Notes: a model not told the origin generated them from the letters alone. DNA of 64,000 bases from Candidatus Eiseniibacteriota bacterium (GCA_041483195.1 JBGPFC010000003.1:128001-192000), one strand, 5' to 3'; positions 1 through 10,602 are shown, counted from the stretch's first letter. Translations and numbers: made by a program.

Positions 1-1018
1 CGCGCACGAATTCCTTCGGGACGGCACGCTCCATCAGGCGAACGCCCTCTTTGCGCGCCATGTCCATCTCGTGAGCGTACCCTGGCATCTCGGCGACGCT
101 CCGCCGGTAGAGCATGGTGACCTCGGCGGCTCCCAGCCGCGCCAGCTCGCGCGTGGCGTCGATGGCGGTATTGCCGCCGCCGATGACGATCGCGCGCTTT
201 CCTTCGGGCGCCCTGAAGCCGGGCTCGAGCTTGAGGCGCTCGATCCACGCCGTCGCGCCCACCACGTCCGGGCCGTCTTCCCCCGGAATCCCGAGCTTCG
301 CGTCCGCGCCGAGTCCAACGCCGATGAACACGGCGTCGAAGTCGCGCAGCAGGTCGGAGGCGCTCAGATCGCGACCGACCTCGACGCCCTCGCGAATCGC
401 GACCCCGAGCGAGCGGATGAAATCCACCTCCATCATCGCGCCCTCGACGTGCATCTTGTACGGCGCGACGCCGGTGGCGTTGAGCCCGCCCGCGAGTCTG
501 CGCCGCTCGAAGACCGTCACCGACACGCCCTCGATCGCGAGATATCCGGCGGCCGCGAGCGAGGCGGGCCCGCCGCCGATGCAGGCCACGCGCTTGCCGA
601 GCGCCGGCGCCTTAGTGAACAGCGGCGCCGCGCCCGGCCGCGAGAACGCCGTCTCCACCGCGAAGCGCTGCAGGCGTCCGATCTGGATCGGCGGGGTGCG
701 ATGCCAGGTGTTGTACACGCACGCGCCGACGCACAGCACCTCGACCGGGCACACCCGCGCGCAGGAGTATCCGAGCAGGTTGGCGGAGAGAATGGTCTTC
801 GCCGAGCCGCGCAGGTTGTCGGTCGCGATCTTGCGGATGAAGCCCGGGATGTCGATCCCGGTCGGGCACGCGGTGACGCACGGCGCGTCGTTGCAATAGA
901 GGCAGCGGTTGGCCTCGGCCACCGCCTCGCCCGGCAGATAGGTTGGCTTCGCGTCGGGCAGCCGGCGCTCGAGGCGGTCGGCGGCCACCCCGGTCGTGTC
1001 GACGGTCGGATCGTTCAT
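1..1018 (-). CDS. preT: Dihydropyrimidine dehydrogenase subunit A / GltD-like NAD(P)-dependent Fe-S flavoprotein (3' end runs off window)
   Basis: Not in the ORF track because there is no stop inside the window. Manual translation from ATG 1018 gives MNDPTV...EANRCLYCNDAPCVTACPTGIDIPGFIRKI...CARVCPVEVLCVGAC...LYRRSVAEMPGYAHE, the GltD/PreT Fe-S and Rossmann motifs. hydA and a ureidopropionase are nearby. Confidence 0.85.
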   Translation of the reverse strand, partial: MNDPTVDTTGVAADRLERRLPDAKPTYLPGEAVAEANRCLYCNDAPCVTACPTGIDIPGFIRKIATDNLRGSAKTILSANLLGYSCARVCPVEVLCVGACVYNTWHRTPPIQIGRLQRFAVETAFSRPGAAPLFTKAPALGKRVACIGGGPASLAAAGYLAIEGVSVTVFERRRLAGGLNATGVAPYKMHVEGAMMEVDFIRSLGVAIREGVEVGRDLSASDLLRDFDAVFIGVGLGADAKLGIPGEDGPDVVGATAWIERLKLEPGFRAPEGKRAIVIGGGNTAIDATRELARLGAAEVTMLYRRSVAEMPGYAHEMDMARKEGVRLMERAVPKEFVR

Positions 1019-1049
1019 CGCGGTCGGTCTCCGAACTCGCAGATTGTGC

Positions 1050-1676
1050 TCATCTCGCCTTTCCTCGAAGCCTCGATTGCGCGCACCGCGCATTCAGGTC
1101 GTCCTCGTTGCGCGGGTCGAATCCCGCGATCTCGCCGCCCAGCCCGCGCTTCGCCCAGGTCACGCGCGCGAGCGCCTCGCATGGCTTGCCGTCGCGCACC
1201 CTGAGATCCAACCCTTCCGTGAACGCCGCCAGCGCCGCCCCGCGGGTGCGCTCCGACGGATCTCGCACCGCGAACACGAACAGCGTGTCGTCCCAGTCCG
1301 CGGCGGCGCTCAGCCTGCCCGCCCGCTCCAGCCGGTCCGCCGCGCGCGTGTAAGTCTCGAGCCCGATCGCGACCAGATCCGGCGCGGGCGGCATGCCGCG
1401 CCCGCGGGCGCGCGCGCGCGCGAGCCGCATCGCCCCCACCGCGGTCTGCAGCCGGCCGGCGCGCAGCTCGCGCTCCACCCGCTCGCGGTAGCGCCGGTCG
1501 ATGAAATCGCCGCGCCCCGCGTCCCACACCCGCGCCGGCTCGAACCCCTCGAGCCAGACGATCTCGTCGTCGAACCGTTGCGCCTGCCGCAGCGCGAGCT
1601 GGCCCGCCAGCGAAACGGCCTCGATCAGCGCGAGCAGCAGCAGCGCGACCAGCACCAGCGCGAGCAGCGGCTTCAA
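1050..1676 (-). CDS. Hypothetical membrane-anchored/exported protein
   Basis: 3' part of track ORF 1050..2549. TTG at 1676 follows GGAG; hydrophobic N-terminus LKPLLALVLVALLLLALIEA. Confidence 0.6.
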   Translation of the reverse strand: MKPLLALVLVALLLLALIEAVSLAGQLALRQAQRFDDEIVWLEGFEPARVWDAGRGDFIDRRYRERVERELRAGRLQTAVGAMRLARARARGRGMPPAPDLVAIGLETYTRAADRLERAGRLSAAADWDDTLFVFAVRDPSERTRGAALAAFTEGLDLRVRDGKPCEALARVTWAKRGLGGEIAGFDPRNEDDLNARCAQSRLRGKAR

Positions 1677-1931
1677 ACGGCCCGTGCTCCAGCCTTCGGG
1701 ATCATGGGGTCCTCCGCAACGCGAGCCGCGATCGATGCCGTGCCCCGGCCCGCGTGAGGCGGACGCCGCGCATCGCACCCGGCCAGCCGGGATCGCGGAG
1801 CATACGCTGCGCGCGGGCCCGCGAAAAGCGCGGAGTGGGGGCGCCGCTCGTCGCGGGCCTTGTCCGGCCGCCACCTTCCGTCTTAGAGTTCGGGCCCATC
1901 GCGTGAGCCCACCACCCCGGAGGAGAAACCC

Positions 1932-2552
1932 ATGAATCCGTTTCGCGTCGTCGCAACGCTGCTCGCCGTCGTCACGCTCGCCGCCGCCGCGGTCGCGACC
2001 TCGAGCACCAGGACCGCATCGCCCCCCGCCGCGAAGTCGGCCGCCACGAAGCCGGCCGCCGCGAACGCGGACGCCGGCGCGAAGGCGAAGCTGCTCGCCC
2101 GCGGCCAGCAGCTCACCGTCGTCGCGGGATGCGTGGACTGTCACACGCCGGGAACGATGTTCGGCGCGCCCGATTTCTCGCGCAATCTCTCGGGCAGCGA
2201 ACTCGGCTGGCAGGGACCGTGGGGCACGACCTACGCGCGCAACCTCACGCCCGACCTCGAGACCGGCCTCGGTTACTACAAGGCGGAGGAGATCGTGAAG
2301 TCGATCAAGGGCGGTCATCGTCTCGATGGGACGCCCATGCTGCCGCCGATGCCGTGGCAGAGTTACACGGCCTTCGACGATTCCGACCTGCTCGCGATCG
2401 CGACCTACCTGCTGAGCCTCCCGCCGGTCGCCCACAATGTTCCGGATCGTGTCCCACCCGGGCAGAAGGCCACCGGGTCGTTCCTCACCTTCCCGGCGCC
2501 ATCCGCGTGGGACGTGCCGCAGGCGGCCCCGGATTCGAGCGCGAAGCACTGA
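1932..2552 (+). CDS. Periplasmic monoheme cytochrome c
   Basis: GGAGGAG RBS, signal peptide, CVDCH heme motif, YARNLTPD..TGLG and LPPMPW segments. Confidence 0.85.
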   Translation: MNPFRVVATLLAVVTLAAAAVATSSTRTASPPAAKSAATKPAAANADAGAKAKLLARGQQLTVVAGCVDCHTPGTMFGAPDFSRNLSGSELGWQGPWGTTYARNLTPDLETGLGYYKAEEIVKSIKGGHRLDGTPMLPPMPWQSYTAFDDSDLLAIATYLLSLPPVAHNVPDRVPPGQKATGSFLTFPAPSAWDVPQAAPDSSAKH

Positions 2553-2557
2553 GCCGC

Positions 2558-3595
2558 ATGCGCCGAGCCTGGATCATCGTCGCGGTGCTCGGACTCGCGA
2601 TGTTGGGCCGTGCGGCCGCCGCGCCAGCCGCGAGCACCACGCCGGTCGGCGACCCCGCGCCCGGAGACGCGCCCTCCGCATCGCTCGATACGCTAATCGC
2701 GGCCGAGCGGGCGTTCTCGCGGGCATCGGTCGAGCACGGGATGAAGGAGTCGTTCCTGGCCCATCTCGCAGACGACGCCATCGTCTTCGAGCCGATGCCC
2801 GCGAACGGGAAGCGGGTGTGGCGCGCGCGAGCGAATCCATCGGGCACGCTCATCTGGGCGCCCGATTTCGCGGAGCTCGCGGGCGCCGGCGATCTCGGGG
2901 TCACGAGCGGCCCGTGGGAATACCGCCCGCCCCCGGAGCGCAACGCGCCGACTGGCTACGGACATTTCGTCTCGGTGTGGAGGCGCGCACCCGGCCCCGA
3001 CTGGCGCGTCGCGCTCGACATCGGCATCGGGCACGGCCAGCCCCCGGGGGGCCTCGATCAAGTCGACGTGAGCAAGGGGCCGGCGCACCCGCCGCCCCCG
3101 CCCGCGAAGCGCGAGTTCGGCTCGCTGGGCTACGGCTTCGGCCTCATGTCGGGCTCGGGGTTCGGCGCGGGCTTCGCGACCGGTCCCGGCTTCATTCCGC
3201 GCGCCGATCGCATGATGGCGCGAGCGATCAACGCGATGATGACGGCCGAGCGCGCGATCTACTTCTCGGCCCGCACGAAGGGGCTCGCGCGCGCATACAC
3301 CGAGCAGGCCGCGAGCGACCTGCGCTTCTACCGCGAGGGCGCGCCGCCGGCCGTCGGCGTGAGCGAGGCGATCGCGGCGATCGGCGCCCCAGCCGGCCGG
3401 ATCGAGCCGGTGCCGTTCGGCGACGGCATGGCGTCGTCTTACGACCTCGGCTACAGCTACGGCCTGCTCCTCACGCGGGCGACGCCCGCGGCCCGCGCCG
3501 ACACGAGCGCCTACCTGCACGTGTGGCGCAAGGACGCGGCCGGGCGCTGGAAGCTCGCGCTCGACGCCGAGAACGCGGTGTCGAAGAAGCCGTAG
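2558..3595 (+). CDS. Secreted protein with two NTF2-like (DUF4440-type) domains
   Basis: ATG 2558 with signal peptide MRRAWIIVAVLGLAML. Two copies of the AERAF...GDLG.T.G...SVWRR...W+..LD pattern. Confidence 0.7.
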   Translation: MRRAWIIVAVLGLAMLGRAAAAPAASTTPVGDPAPGDAPSASLDTLIAAERAFSRASVEHGMKESFLAHLADDAIVFEPMPANGKRVWRARANPSGTLIWAPDFAELAGAGDLGVTSGPWEYRPPPERNAPTGYGHFVSVWRRAPGPDWRVALDIGIGHGQPPGGLDQVDVSKGPAHPPPPPAKREFGSLGYGFGLMSGSGFGAGFATGPGFIPRADRMMARAINAMMTAERAIYFSARTKGLARAYTEQAASDLRFYREGAPPAVGVSEAIAAIGAPAGRIEPVPFGDGMASSYDLGYSYGLLLTRATPAARADTSAYLHVWRKDAAGRWKLALDAENAVSKKP

Positions 3596-3602
3596 CCTCC
3601 CG

Positions 3603-5042
3603 CTACTTCGCCCGCGCCGCCTGCGTCGCGATCGCGCCCGCCGGGGCGTGAGTGCCCGGCCTCGCCGCCACGCGCTGGATGAATCGTCCAGCGCCGCGCT
3701 CCACCTCGAGCTTGCCGTCCTCGTACTGCACGCGCCCGTTCACGATCACGCGCGTGGGTTTCCCCTTCACCTTGAAGCCTTCGAAGATGCTCCGGTCGCA
3801 GCGCGAGTGGTGCGTCTTCGCGCCGCGGGTGCCGGTCGCGGTGGGATCGTAGATCACGAGGTCGGCGTCGGCGCCGGCCGCGATCGTGCCCTTGCGCGGG
3901 TAGAGCCCGAAGATGCGGGCGGGATTCGTGCTGCCGAACGCCACCATGCGCTGCACGTCGAAGCGGCCCTCGCACACGCCGTAGGTGTAGAGCAGCTGGA
4001 GGCGGTCCTCGATGCCGGCGGCGCCGTTCGGGATGAGCGTGAAGTTGTCCTTGCCCATCCGCTTCTGCTCCATGGTGAACGGACAGTGGTCGGTGCCGAT
4101 CGAATCGAGCATGCCGCTCGAGAGTCCGGTCCAGAGCGCATCGTGGTGCCCCACGTGCGCGGGGCGGATCGGCGGGCTCATGACGTAGGCCGAGCCCTCG
4201 AAGTCGGGCTTGGTGAACACGCTGTCGTCGAGCAGCAGGTACTGCGGGCAGGTTTCGCCGTAGCACTTCTGCCCCGCGAGCTTCGCGCGCTCCAGCGCCT
4301 CGACCGACTCGCGGCACGTCATGTGGACGATGTACGCGGTGGCGCCGTGGAGCCGCGCCATCATCAGCGCGCGCCCGGTGGCCTCGCCCTCCACGCAGCT
4401 CGGACGCGACACCGGATGGTACTCGGGGCCGAGCTTGCCGGCGGCGACCAGCTCCTTCTGGAGCGCGAACACCGCGTCGCCGTTCTCCGCGTGCACCGTC
4501 ACGACCGCGCCCAGCTTCGCCGCGTGCTTCATGACCTGGTAGAGCTCGCTGTCGTCCACCATGATCGCGCCCTTGTAGGCCATGAACACCTTGAACGAGG
4601 TGATGCCGTGATCCTGCACCACCGCGCGCATCTCCTCGGCGGTCCGGTCGGTCCATCCGGTGATCGCCATGTGAAACGTGTAGTCGGCGACCGCCTTCTT
4701 GCTGCGCCGCTTCCACTCCTCGAGCCCCGCGAGCAGCGATTCGCCGCGGGCCGGGATGCAGAAGTCGATGATGGTGGTGGTGCCCCCCGCCACGCCAGAG
4801 GCGGTGCCGGATTCGAAGTCGTCGGCCGAGACCGTGCCCATGAAGGGCAGCTCCATGTGGACGTGCGGATCGATGAAGCCGGGGAACACGAACTGGCCAG
4901 CGGCGTCGATCGCCTCGTCCTTCGCGCCGCGCTTCTCGAGATTTTCACCGATCGCGACGATCTTCCCGCCCTCGCAATAGACATCCGCGACGTAGCGATC
5001 GGAGGCTGTCACGATTTCGCCGTGCTTGATGAGGAGTCCCAT
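3603..5042 (-). CDS. hydA: Dihydropyrimidinase (D-hydantoinase)
   Basis: PGFIDPHVH, GGTTTIIDF, SFKVFMAY, VHAENG, GETCPQYL, GTDHCPF, NPARIFGLYPRKG motifs. Confidence 0.95.
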   Translation of the reverse strand: MGLLIKHGEIVTASDRYVADVYCEGGKIVAIGENLEKRGAKDEAIDAAGQFVFPGFIDPHVHMELPFMGTVSADDFESGTASGVAGGTTTIIDFCIPARGESLLAGLEEWKRRSKKAVADYTFHMAITGWTDRTAEEMRAVVQDHGITSFKVFMAYKGAIMVDDSELYQVMKHAAKLGAVVTVHAENGDAVFALQKELVAAGKLGPEYHPVSRPSCVEGEATGRALMMARLHGATAYIVHMTCRESVEALERAKLAGQKCYGETCPQYLLLDDSVFTKPDFEGSAYVMSPPIRPAHVGHHDALWTGLSSGMLDSIGTDHCPFTMEQKRMGKDNFTLIPNGAAGIEDRLQLLYTYGVCEGRFDVQRMVAFGSTNPARIFGLYPRKGTIAAGADADLVIYDPTATGTRGAKTHHSRCDRSIFEGFKVKGKPTRVIVNGRVQYEDGKLEVERGAGRFIQRVAARPGTHAPAGAIATQAARAK

Positions 5043-5152
5043 GGTGGTTCCCTTCCAGTTAACGCCCGCGGCGGAGCGGCGGACGGATGAGGAGATCGCA
5101 GGACAGCCGGGTCGGCTCGTATCGGAAGCGGGGGGTCATCGTTAGTCCTCGC

Positions 5153-5848
5153 TCACGCGCCGGAATCGCCGCGCCGGTACTCGACGAGACGCATCCACGG
5201 CCGCGACGGATCCAGGCCCTCGTAGGACTCGAGCACGAAACCATCCGCGTCGGCCCAGAACGCGTAGCCGTCGTCCTCGCCGCGCGGCGGCAGCGACACG
5301 ACGTAGCGGCGCGCCGCGACCGCGCCCCATGGCGCCTCGAACATCCCGCGCTCGAGACAGCGGTAGAGCATGCGCTCCGGCGTCACCGCCATGTAAGGCG
5401 GCCCGATCCGAAGCACGGGAAACTCGTGCTCGCCGCCCACCTGAAAATCGCGGCGCGCGAGGATGAACGCGTTGAACAGGTGGGTGGCGTACTCCACCTC
5501 GCAGGACTCGGGGTAGTCGCCCTCCTGTTCGCGAACGTGGTCCTGGTACTCGATGCGCGCGCGCCAGGTGTCGCCCGCCGCCGAATGCAGCGCGCGCAGC
5601 CGGCGATCGCCCACCGTCCACAGCACCTCGAGCCCGGTGGGACGCATGCGGTCGGTGAGCGTGACGCGGTACTCCTGGACGCTCGGGAACGGATGCGGCG
5701 CGACGAAGCGCTGCTCGCCGGTCGCGACCAGGCCGATCGGCGCGCTCTCGATGCGCCAGCGCTCCTCGCCGCACTCCTGGCCGCCGTGGTAGATCGCGTA
5801 GCGACCGGCGGCGACGAGCTGCGTGGCGAGGGGAGACATCGAACGCAC
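5153..5848 (-). CDS. Hypothetical protein (possibly a putative glycolipid-binding-type beta domain)
   Basis: Protein-like ORF packed co-directionally between the ureidopropionase and hydA. Start may be ATG 5839. Confidence 0.55.
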   Translation of the reverse strand: MRSMSPLATQLVAAGRYAIYHGGQECGEERWRIESAPIGLVATGEQRFVAPHPFPSVQEYRVTLTDRMRPTGLEVLWTVGDRRLRALHSAAGDTWRARIEYQDHVREQEGDYPESCEVEYATHLFNAFILARRDFQVGGEHEFPVLRIGPPYMAVTPERMLYRCLERGMFEAPWGAVAARRYVVSLPPRGEDDGYAFWADADGFVLESYEGLDPSRPWMRLVEYRRGDSGA

Positions 5849-5849
5849 C

Positions 5850-6716
5850 CTAGAGATCGACGAGCTCTTCGTACGTCTCCGGCCGGCGGTCGCGGAAGAA
5901 CTGCCAGACGTTCCGTACCTCGTCGATCATGTCGAGATCCATCTCCGCCACCACCAGCGCGTCGTCGTTTTCGTTCGCCTGCGCGAGGAAGTTCCCGCGC
6001 GGGTCCACGAAGTATGACGAGCCGTAGAACTTGCCGATGTTCCATGGCGCCTCGGTGCCGACGCGGTTGATGCAGCCCATGAAGTAGCCGTTCGCGACCG
6101 CGTGCGCCGGCTGCTCGAGCTTCCAGAGATACTGCGAGAGGCCGGCCACCGTCGCGCTCGGGTTGAACACGATCTCCGCGCCGTTCAATCCCAGCGCGCG
6201 CGCCCCCTCCGGGAAATGGCGGTCGTAGCAGATGTACACGCCGACCTTGGCGTAACGCGTCTGGAACACGGGGTAGCCGAGATTGCCGGGCTTGAAGAAG
6301 AACTTCTCCCAGAAGCCCGAGGTGTGCGGGATGTGGTTCTTGCGGTACTTGCCCAGGTAGGTGCCGTCGGCGTCGTACACCGCGGCCGTGTTGTAGAGAA
6401 CCCCCGGCATCTCCTTCTCGTAGACCGGCACCACCACCGCCATCTTGTGCTTCGCGCAGAGCTTCGCGACGGCGTCGGTGGTCGGACCCGGCACGCTCTC
6501 GGCGGCGTCGTACCAGCGCTTGTCCTGCCCCGGGCAGAAATACGGGCCGTTGAATATTTCCTGCAGGCAGAGGATCTGCACGCCCTTCCTGCCGGCGTCC
6601 TCGATCAGGGGCACGTGCCTGTCGAACATCGCCTGCTTGACCTTCTCGACCGGGACCGATTCGTCGTTGATCGGATTGGCGCACTGGATCAGTCCGCCGA
6701 TGAGCTTACGGGGCAT
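5850..6716 (-). CDS. Nitrilase-family carbon-nitrogen hydrolase, likely beta-ureidopropionase
   Basis: ATG 6716 after GAGGAG. Glu-Lys-Cys triad motifs CLQEIF, YRKNHIP, YICYDRHFPE. Pyrimidine-catabolism context. Confidence 0.9.
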   Translation of the reverse strand: MPRKLIGGLIQCANPINDESVPVEKVKQAMFDRHVPLIEDAGRKGVQILCLQEIFNGPYFCPGQDKRWYDAAESVPGPTTDAVAKLCAKHKMAVVVPVYEKEMPGVLYNTAAVYDADGTYLGKYRKNHIPHTSGFWEKFFFKPGNLGYPVFQTRYAKVGVYICYDRHFPEGARALGLNGAEIVFNPSATVAGLSQYLWKLEQPAHAVANGYFMGCINRVGTEAPWNIGKFYGSSYFVDPRGNFLAQANENDDALVVAEMDLDMIDEVRNVWQFFRDRRPETYEELVDL

Positions 6717-6854
6717 GTCGATCTCCTCGAAACCAGAGTCCGAATGGAGTGTGCGGGCGGCTCGAGCCGCCGGGGTCGAAGAGTGCCACTCCCGGCGCCC
6801 GGAGCCAAGCGGGCGGGCGGGCGCGGCGCGAGGCAACGATCGATGGCGCGCGCC

Positions 6855-8837
6855 TCAACGGACCAGCATGAACCTCTGCGTGCAGGTCCGCTCCGCGGTC
6901 ACGAGGCGTCCGAAGTAGAGCCCGCTCGGGGCAGGACCGGCCGCGGTGCGCCCATCCCACACGTAATCGTGCCGGCCCGCCGCGGCGGGTCCATCGGCGA
7001 GGGTGGCCATCTCGTGACCGCCGACGTCGAAGACGCGAAGCTGCATCGGCCCGGATCGCGCGAGCGTGACCGTGAGCCGGCTCGATCCGCGCGCGGGATT
7101 CGGCGAGACCGGCGCGAGCGCCGTGCCCGCCCCCGGCCCATCGCCCACCGCGAGCGGATAGAGAATCGAGAAGGGCTGATCGTTGACGTCCTGGCCCGCG
7201 TGTCCGCTGGAGTCGTGGGCGACCACCTTGACGTACCCGTCCGAGGTCGCGGGCTCGGTCACGTACCACGGGATCGAGCCCGAGTTCGCGATGCGTTTCG
7301 CGATCGAAACAAAGTGGCCGGTCGGCCCATTGCGCGAGATCAGCACGTCCACCGATTGCACGCCCACGCTGTCGGTGGCGCTCCACTGAATGAGCGCGAG
7401 TTGCCCCATCGTCAGCGACGTGCCGCTGTTGGGCGCGAGCACGTGTACGGTGGGCCGGAGGCCGTCGGGGGTCGAGAACTGCCAGGCCGGACCGGTCACC
7501 ATGCTCGATCCGCCCTCGACCGTGACGTACCACTCGTATTGATCTCCGAGCGAGAGGCCCGCCCACGGCATCGTGACCGTCGACCCGGAGAGCACGCCGG
7601 GGACCCTTCCGATCAGCCGGAAATCGCGATCGCCGCCCTGCATGTCGAAGTCGAGCGTGAACTGGCTGCTGGAGTCCGCGTCGGTTTCATAACGGTCCAG
7701 CGTCGGCGAGTACGTCCGGAACCGGATCACGTTCTCGGCCGGGGAGAACTCGAGAATCCGCAGCCAGCCGTCGCCGCCGTTCGCCCGGTCCTGGTAGTCC
7801 GCCATCACTGAGTTGATGGTGTGCCCCAGCCAGGGGTCCACCCGCCGGCCCTCCTCGTGGACGTGCCCGCCCAGCATCAGGAACAGGTTCGAGTGGCCCT
7901 TGAGCCCGTTGTAGATGGCCTGCCCCTGCGGGCTGAAGCTCCCGGGATTGCCCTGCTCGATCAGGTAGTGCGTGGAGATGATGGCGTGCCGGTCGCTGTA
8001 GACCGTGAGCAGGCTGTCGGCCCAGTGCACGACCGGCGGTTCCTGGTTCCACATCAGCTGGAACCCGATCACGATGAAGTCGAGCCCGCCGGCGCTGAAC
8101 AAGTCGTAGAAGTTGTCGTTGTCGTTGCCGAAGTGCCCGCCGTAGTAGCTGCGCCCGGTGAAGCGGTTCGTGCCGAAGAACTGGTTGTAGAGGACCGTCG
8201 TCGAATTGCCCCCGTCGTGATTGCCCACACACACCGAGAACGGAATGCCTTCCGGCAGGGTGGTGGTGGCAGGGTCTTCGACCAGGCTCATCGCGTCGTC
8301 CGCGAACTGCCACTCGATGGGATTGCCGCCGTTGTCCCCGTTCTCGACGCAATCGCCGAGCTGGCACACATAGACGATGTTGCGCAGCGCGCGATTGGCG
8401 ACCACCCATTCGGTCTGCGCGCGGAAGATCGCGGGGGTGCCGCCGCTGATATACGAGACATAGTTCTGCGTATCGGGCAGATCGATCAGGGTGAAATCCG
8501 GCTGCGCGGCGGCGCCCAGCGGGCGGCCGTAGAACGAGACCGTGAGGGGCTCCGGAACGGGGTCGCTCACATCCACCGTCAGGTCCGGGGGCGTCGGCAC
8601 GGAGGTGGCGGAGGCGGCCGGCCAGACGAGGATCGGCGGCGCGGGACTGCCGAACGCCGGGGCGAGGAAGGGCGGGTGGGCGGATGGCCACAGCGCGAGG
8701 CCGCCAATCAGCGCGACGCTCCAGAGACGCGCGGCGATCGTCCCGACACGCTCGATTCCACGCGTGGGATCGGCCGACACGGCGACACGCTGCGGGGTGC
8801 TGCGCACGTTGGAGACTCCGCCCTGATGTGGCCGCAT
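6855..8837 (-). CDS. Secreted calcineurin-like metallophosphoesterase with Ig-like domains and FlgD/T9SS-CTD-like tail
   Basis: LPDTQ, LGDCV, VGNHD, STHY, GGHVH metallophosphoesterase motifs. C-terminal PNP...VFDVGG...WDGR...PSGLYFGRL...MLVR. Start uncertain. Confidence 0.8.
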   Translation of the reverse strand: MRPHQGGVSNVRSTPQRVAVSADPTRGIERVGTIAARLWSVALIGGLALWPSAHPPFLAPAFGSPAPPILVWPAASATSVPTPPDLTVDVSDPVPEPLTVSFYGRPLGAAAQPDFTLIDLPDTQNYVSYISGGTPAIFRAQTEWVVANRALRNIVYVCQLGDCVENGDNGGNPIEWQFADDAMSLVEDPATTTLPEGIPFSVCVGNHDGGNSTTVLYNQFFGTNRFTGRSYYGGHFGNDNDNFYDLFSAGGLDFIVIGFQLMWNQEPPVVHWADSLLTVYSDRHAIISTHYLIEQGNPGSFSPQGQAIYNGLKGHSNLFLMLGGHVHEEGRRVDPWLGHTINSVMADYQDRANGGDGWLRILEFSPAENVIRFRTYSPTLDRYETDADSSSQFTLDFDMQGGDRDFRLIGRVPGVLSGSTVTMPWAGLSLGDQYEWYVTVEGGSSMVTGPAWQFSTPDGLRPTVHVLAPNSGTSLTMGQLALIQWSATDSVGVQSVDVLISRNGPTGHFVSIAKRIANSGSIPWYVTEPATSDGYVKVVAHDSSGHAGQDVNDQPFSILYPLAVGDGPGAGTALAPVSPNPARGSSRLTVTLARSGPMQLRVFDVGGHEMATLADGPAAAGRHDYVWDGRTAAGPAPSGLYFGRLVTAERTCTQRFMLVR

Positions 8838-9090
8838 AGGGAGCGAGCGCCTCGGGTCCGATAGCGTGGCCCGCGAAACTCTCGGTCACCGCGCACGCCC
8901 GCACATCGCGCCGGGGCCGCAGGGACCGCCCGATCAGGCGAAACGGCCCACGCGAGCCCATACCATGATCGGGGAGATCCGGGACGCTGGCAAGGGCCGG
9001 TTCGAACGGCGATCGGAGCGGGCCCAGGCCCCGCGATGCGGGCTTGCACGCGCTCCCCCATCCCGGTCGTGGTCTCGGGGCCGCGCGAAG

Positions 9091-10602
9091 CTAGAACCAG
9101 CGGGTGATGACCACCTTCTTGTCGGTGTAGAACTCGATCGAGTCCTGACCGTGCGCCTTGAGATCGCCGAAGAACGAATTCTTGGCGCCGCCGAACGGGA
9201 AGAAGGCCATCGGCGCCGCGACGCCGATGTTGACGCCCAGCATGCTGGGCTCGACGCGATAGCGATACTCGCGCGCCCACTTGCCGCTGCTGGTGAAGAT
9301 GCTGGTGGCGTTGCCCAGCTCGTGGGCGCGGACGATCGACACCGCCTCGTCGAAATCCTTCGCCTTCATGAGACACAGCACCGGTCCGAAGATCTCCTCG
9401 CGGCCGATCGTCATCTCGGGCGTGACCCCGTCGAACACCGAGGGGCCGAGGAAGTATCCGTTCGGGTGGTTCGGATCTCGGAACTCGCGCCCGTCGAGAA
9501 TGAGCGTCGCGCCTTCGGCGATGCCCTTCTCGATGTAGCCGAGCACCTTCTCCCGGTGCTGCCGGGTGATGACGGGGCCCATCGTGATGCCGGGCTCGAG
9601 CCCGTCGCCCACCTTGAGCTTCCTCGCCTCGGTGACCAGCAGCTCGCGCATCTTCGCATGGGCGTCGCCCACCGCGAGCACGACGCTGTTCGCGAGGCAG
9701 CGCTCGCCGGCGCAGCCGAAGCACGACTCGGTCGAGATCGCGGCCGCGCGCTGCATGTCGGCGTCCGGCATCACCACCACGAAATTCTTGGCGCCGCCCA
9801 GCGCCTGCACGCGCTTGCCGTGCTCCGCGCCGCGTTTGTAGACGTACTGCGCGACCGGCGATGAGCCGACGAACGAGACGCCCGCGATCCCGGGATGCTC
9901 GAGGATGGCGTCCACCGCGTCCTTCGCGCCGTGGACGAGATTCACGACGCCCTCGGGGAGCCCGATCTCGTGGAACAGCTCGAACATCTTGATCTGCGAG
10001 AGCGGCACGCGCTCGCTGGGCTTCACGATGAACGTGTTCCCGCACGCGATCGCGTGCGGCAGGAACCACATCGGCACCATGGACGGGAAGTTGAACGGCG
10101 TGATCGACGCGAACACGCCGAGCGGCTGGCGCACGGTGTGACAATCGATCCCCGCCGCGATGTCCTCGAGCGAGGTGCCCATCATGCGGCTCGGAATGCC
10201 GATCGCGAGGTCCACGTTGTCGATCGCGCGTCGGATGCTGCTCCGCGATTCGTCGAGCGTCTTGCCGTGCTCGAGCGTGATGGTGCTCGCCAGGTCGTCG
10301 AAGCGCTTCTCCATGAGATTCCTGAGCGCGAACAGGAACCGCACGCGGTTCACCGGGGGCGTGGCGCGCCAGCCGGGGAACGCCTTCTGCGCCGCCTGCA
10401 CCGCGCGGTCCACGTCGCCGGCGGCTCCCAGCGGAACCTGCGCGAGCAGCTCGTCGGTGACGGGATTGCGAACGTCGCCGAAGCGCGTCGAGTCGGAGCG
10501 CGACCACAGGCCTCCGATGTAGTTGTGCAGGATTCGAACCGCCGACTCGTCCGCGGCTTCCTGGCCGTTCAGCACCGCCTGCTCGTCACGTGGCGCCGTC
10601 AT
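9091..10602 (-). CDS. mmsA: CoA-acylating (methyl)malonate-semialdehyde dehydrogenase
   Basis: ATG 10602 after GAGGAGG. ITPFNFP, FVGSS, ALGGAKN, GCAGERC, EEIFGPV, FYTDKKVVITRW motifs. Confidence 0.93.
   Translation of the reverse strand: MTAPRDEQAVLNGQEAADESAVRILHNYIGGLWSRSDSTRFGDVRNPVTDELLAQVPLGAAGDVDRAVQAAQKAFPGWRATPPVNRVRFLFALRNLMEKRFDDLASTITLEHGKTLDESRSSIRRAIDNVDLAIGIPSRMMGTSLEDIAAGIDCHTVRQPLGVFASITPFNFPSMVPMWFLPHAIACGNTFIVKPSERVPLSQIKMFELFHEIGLPEGVVNLVHGAKDAVDAILEHPGIAGVSFVGSSPVAQYVYKRGAEHGKRVQALGGAKNFVVVMPDADMQRAAAISTESCFGCAGERCLANSVVLAVGDAHAKMRELLVTEARKLKVGDGLEPGITMGPVITRQHREKVLGYIEKGIAEGATLILDGREFRDPNHPNGYFLGPSVFDGVTPEMTIGREEIFGPVLCLMKAKDFDEAVSIVRAHELGNATSIFTSSGKWAREYRYRVEPSMLGVNIGVAAPMAFFPFGGAKNSFFGDLKAHGQDSIEFYTDKKVVITRWF

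Noticed and set aside
1932..2552. Cytochrome c as the missing urate oxidase (PuuD-like)
   Set aside because: It lacks the multi-TM domain of PuuD and lies far from the ureide genes on the opposite strand.
6746..6792. Nested stem-loop (GGAGTG/CACTCC around GGCGGC-TCGA-GCCGCC) upstream of the ureidopropionase as a xanthine/NMT1-type riboswitch
   Set aside because: The shape is suggestive but I cannot match the conserved internal-loop residues, and such hairpins are common at this GC content. An Infernal/Rfam scan would decide.
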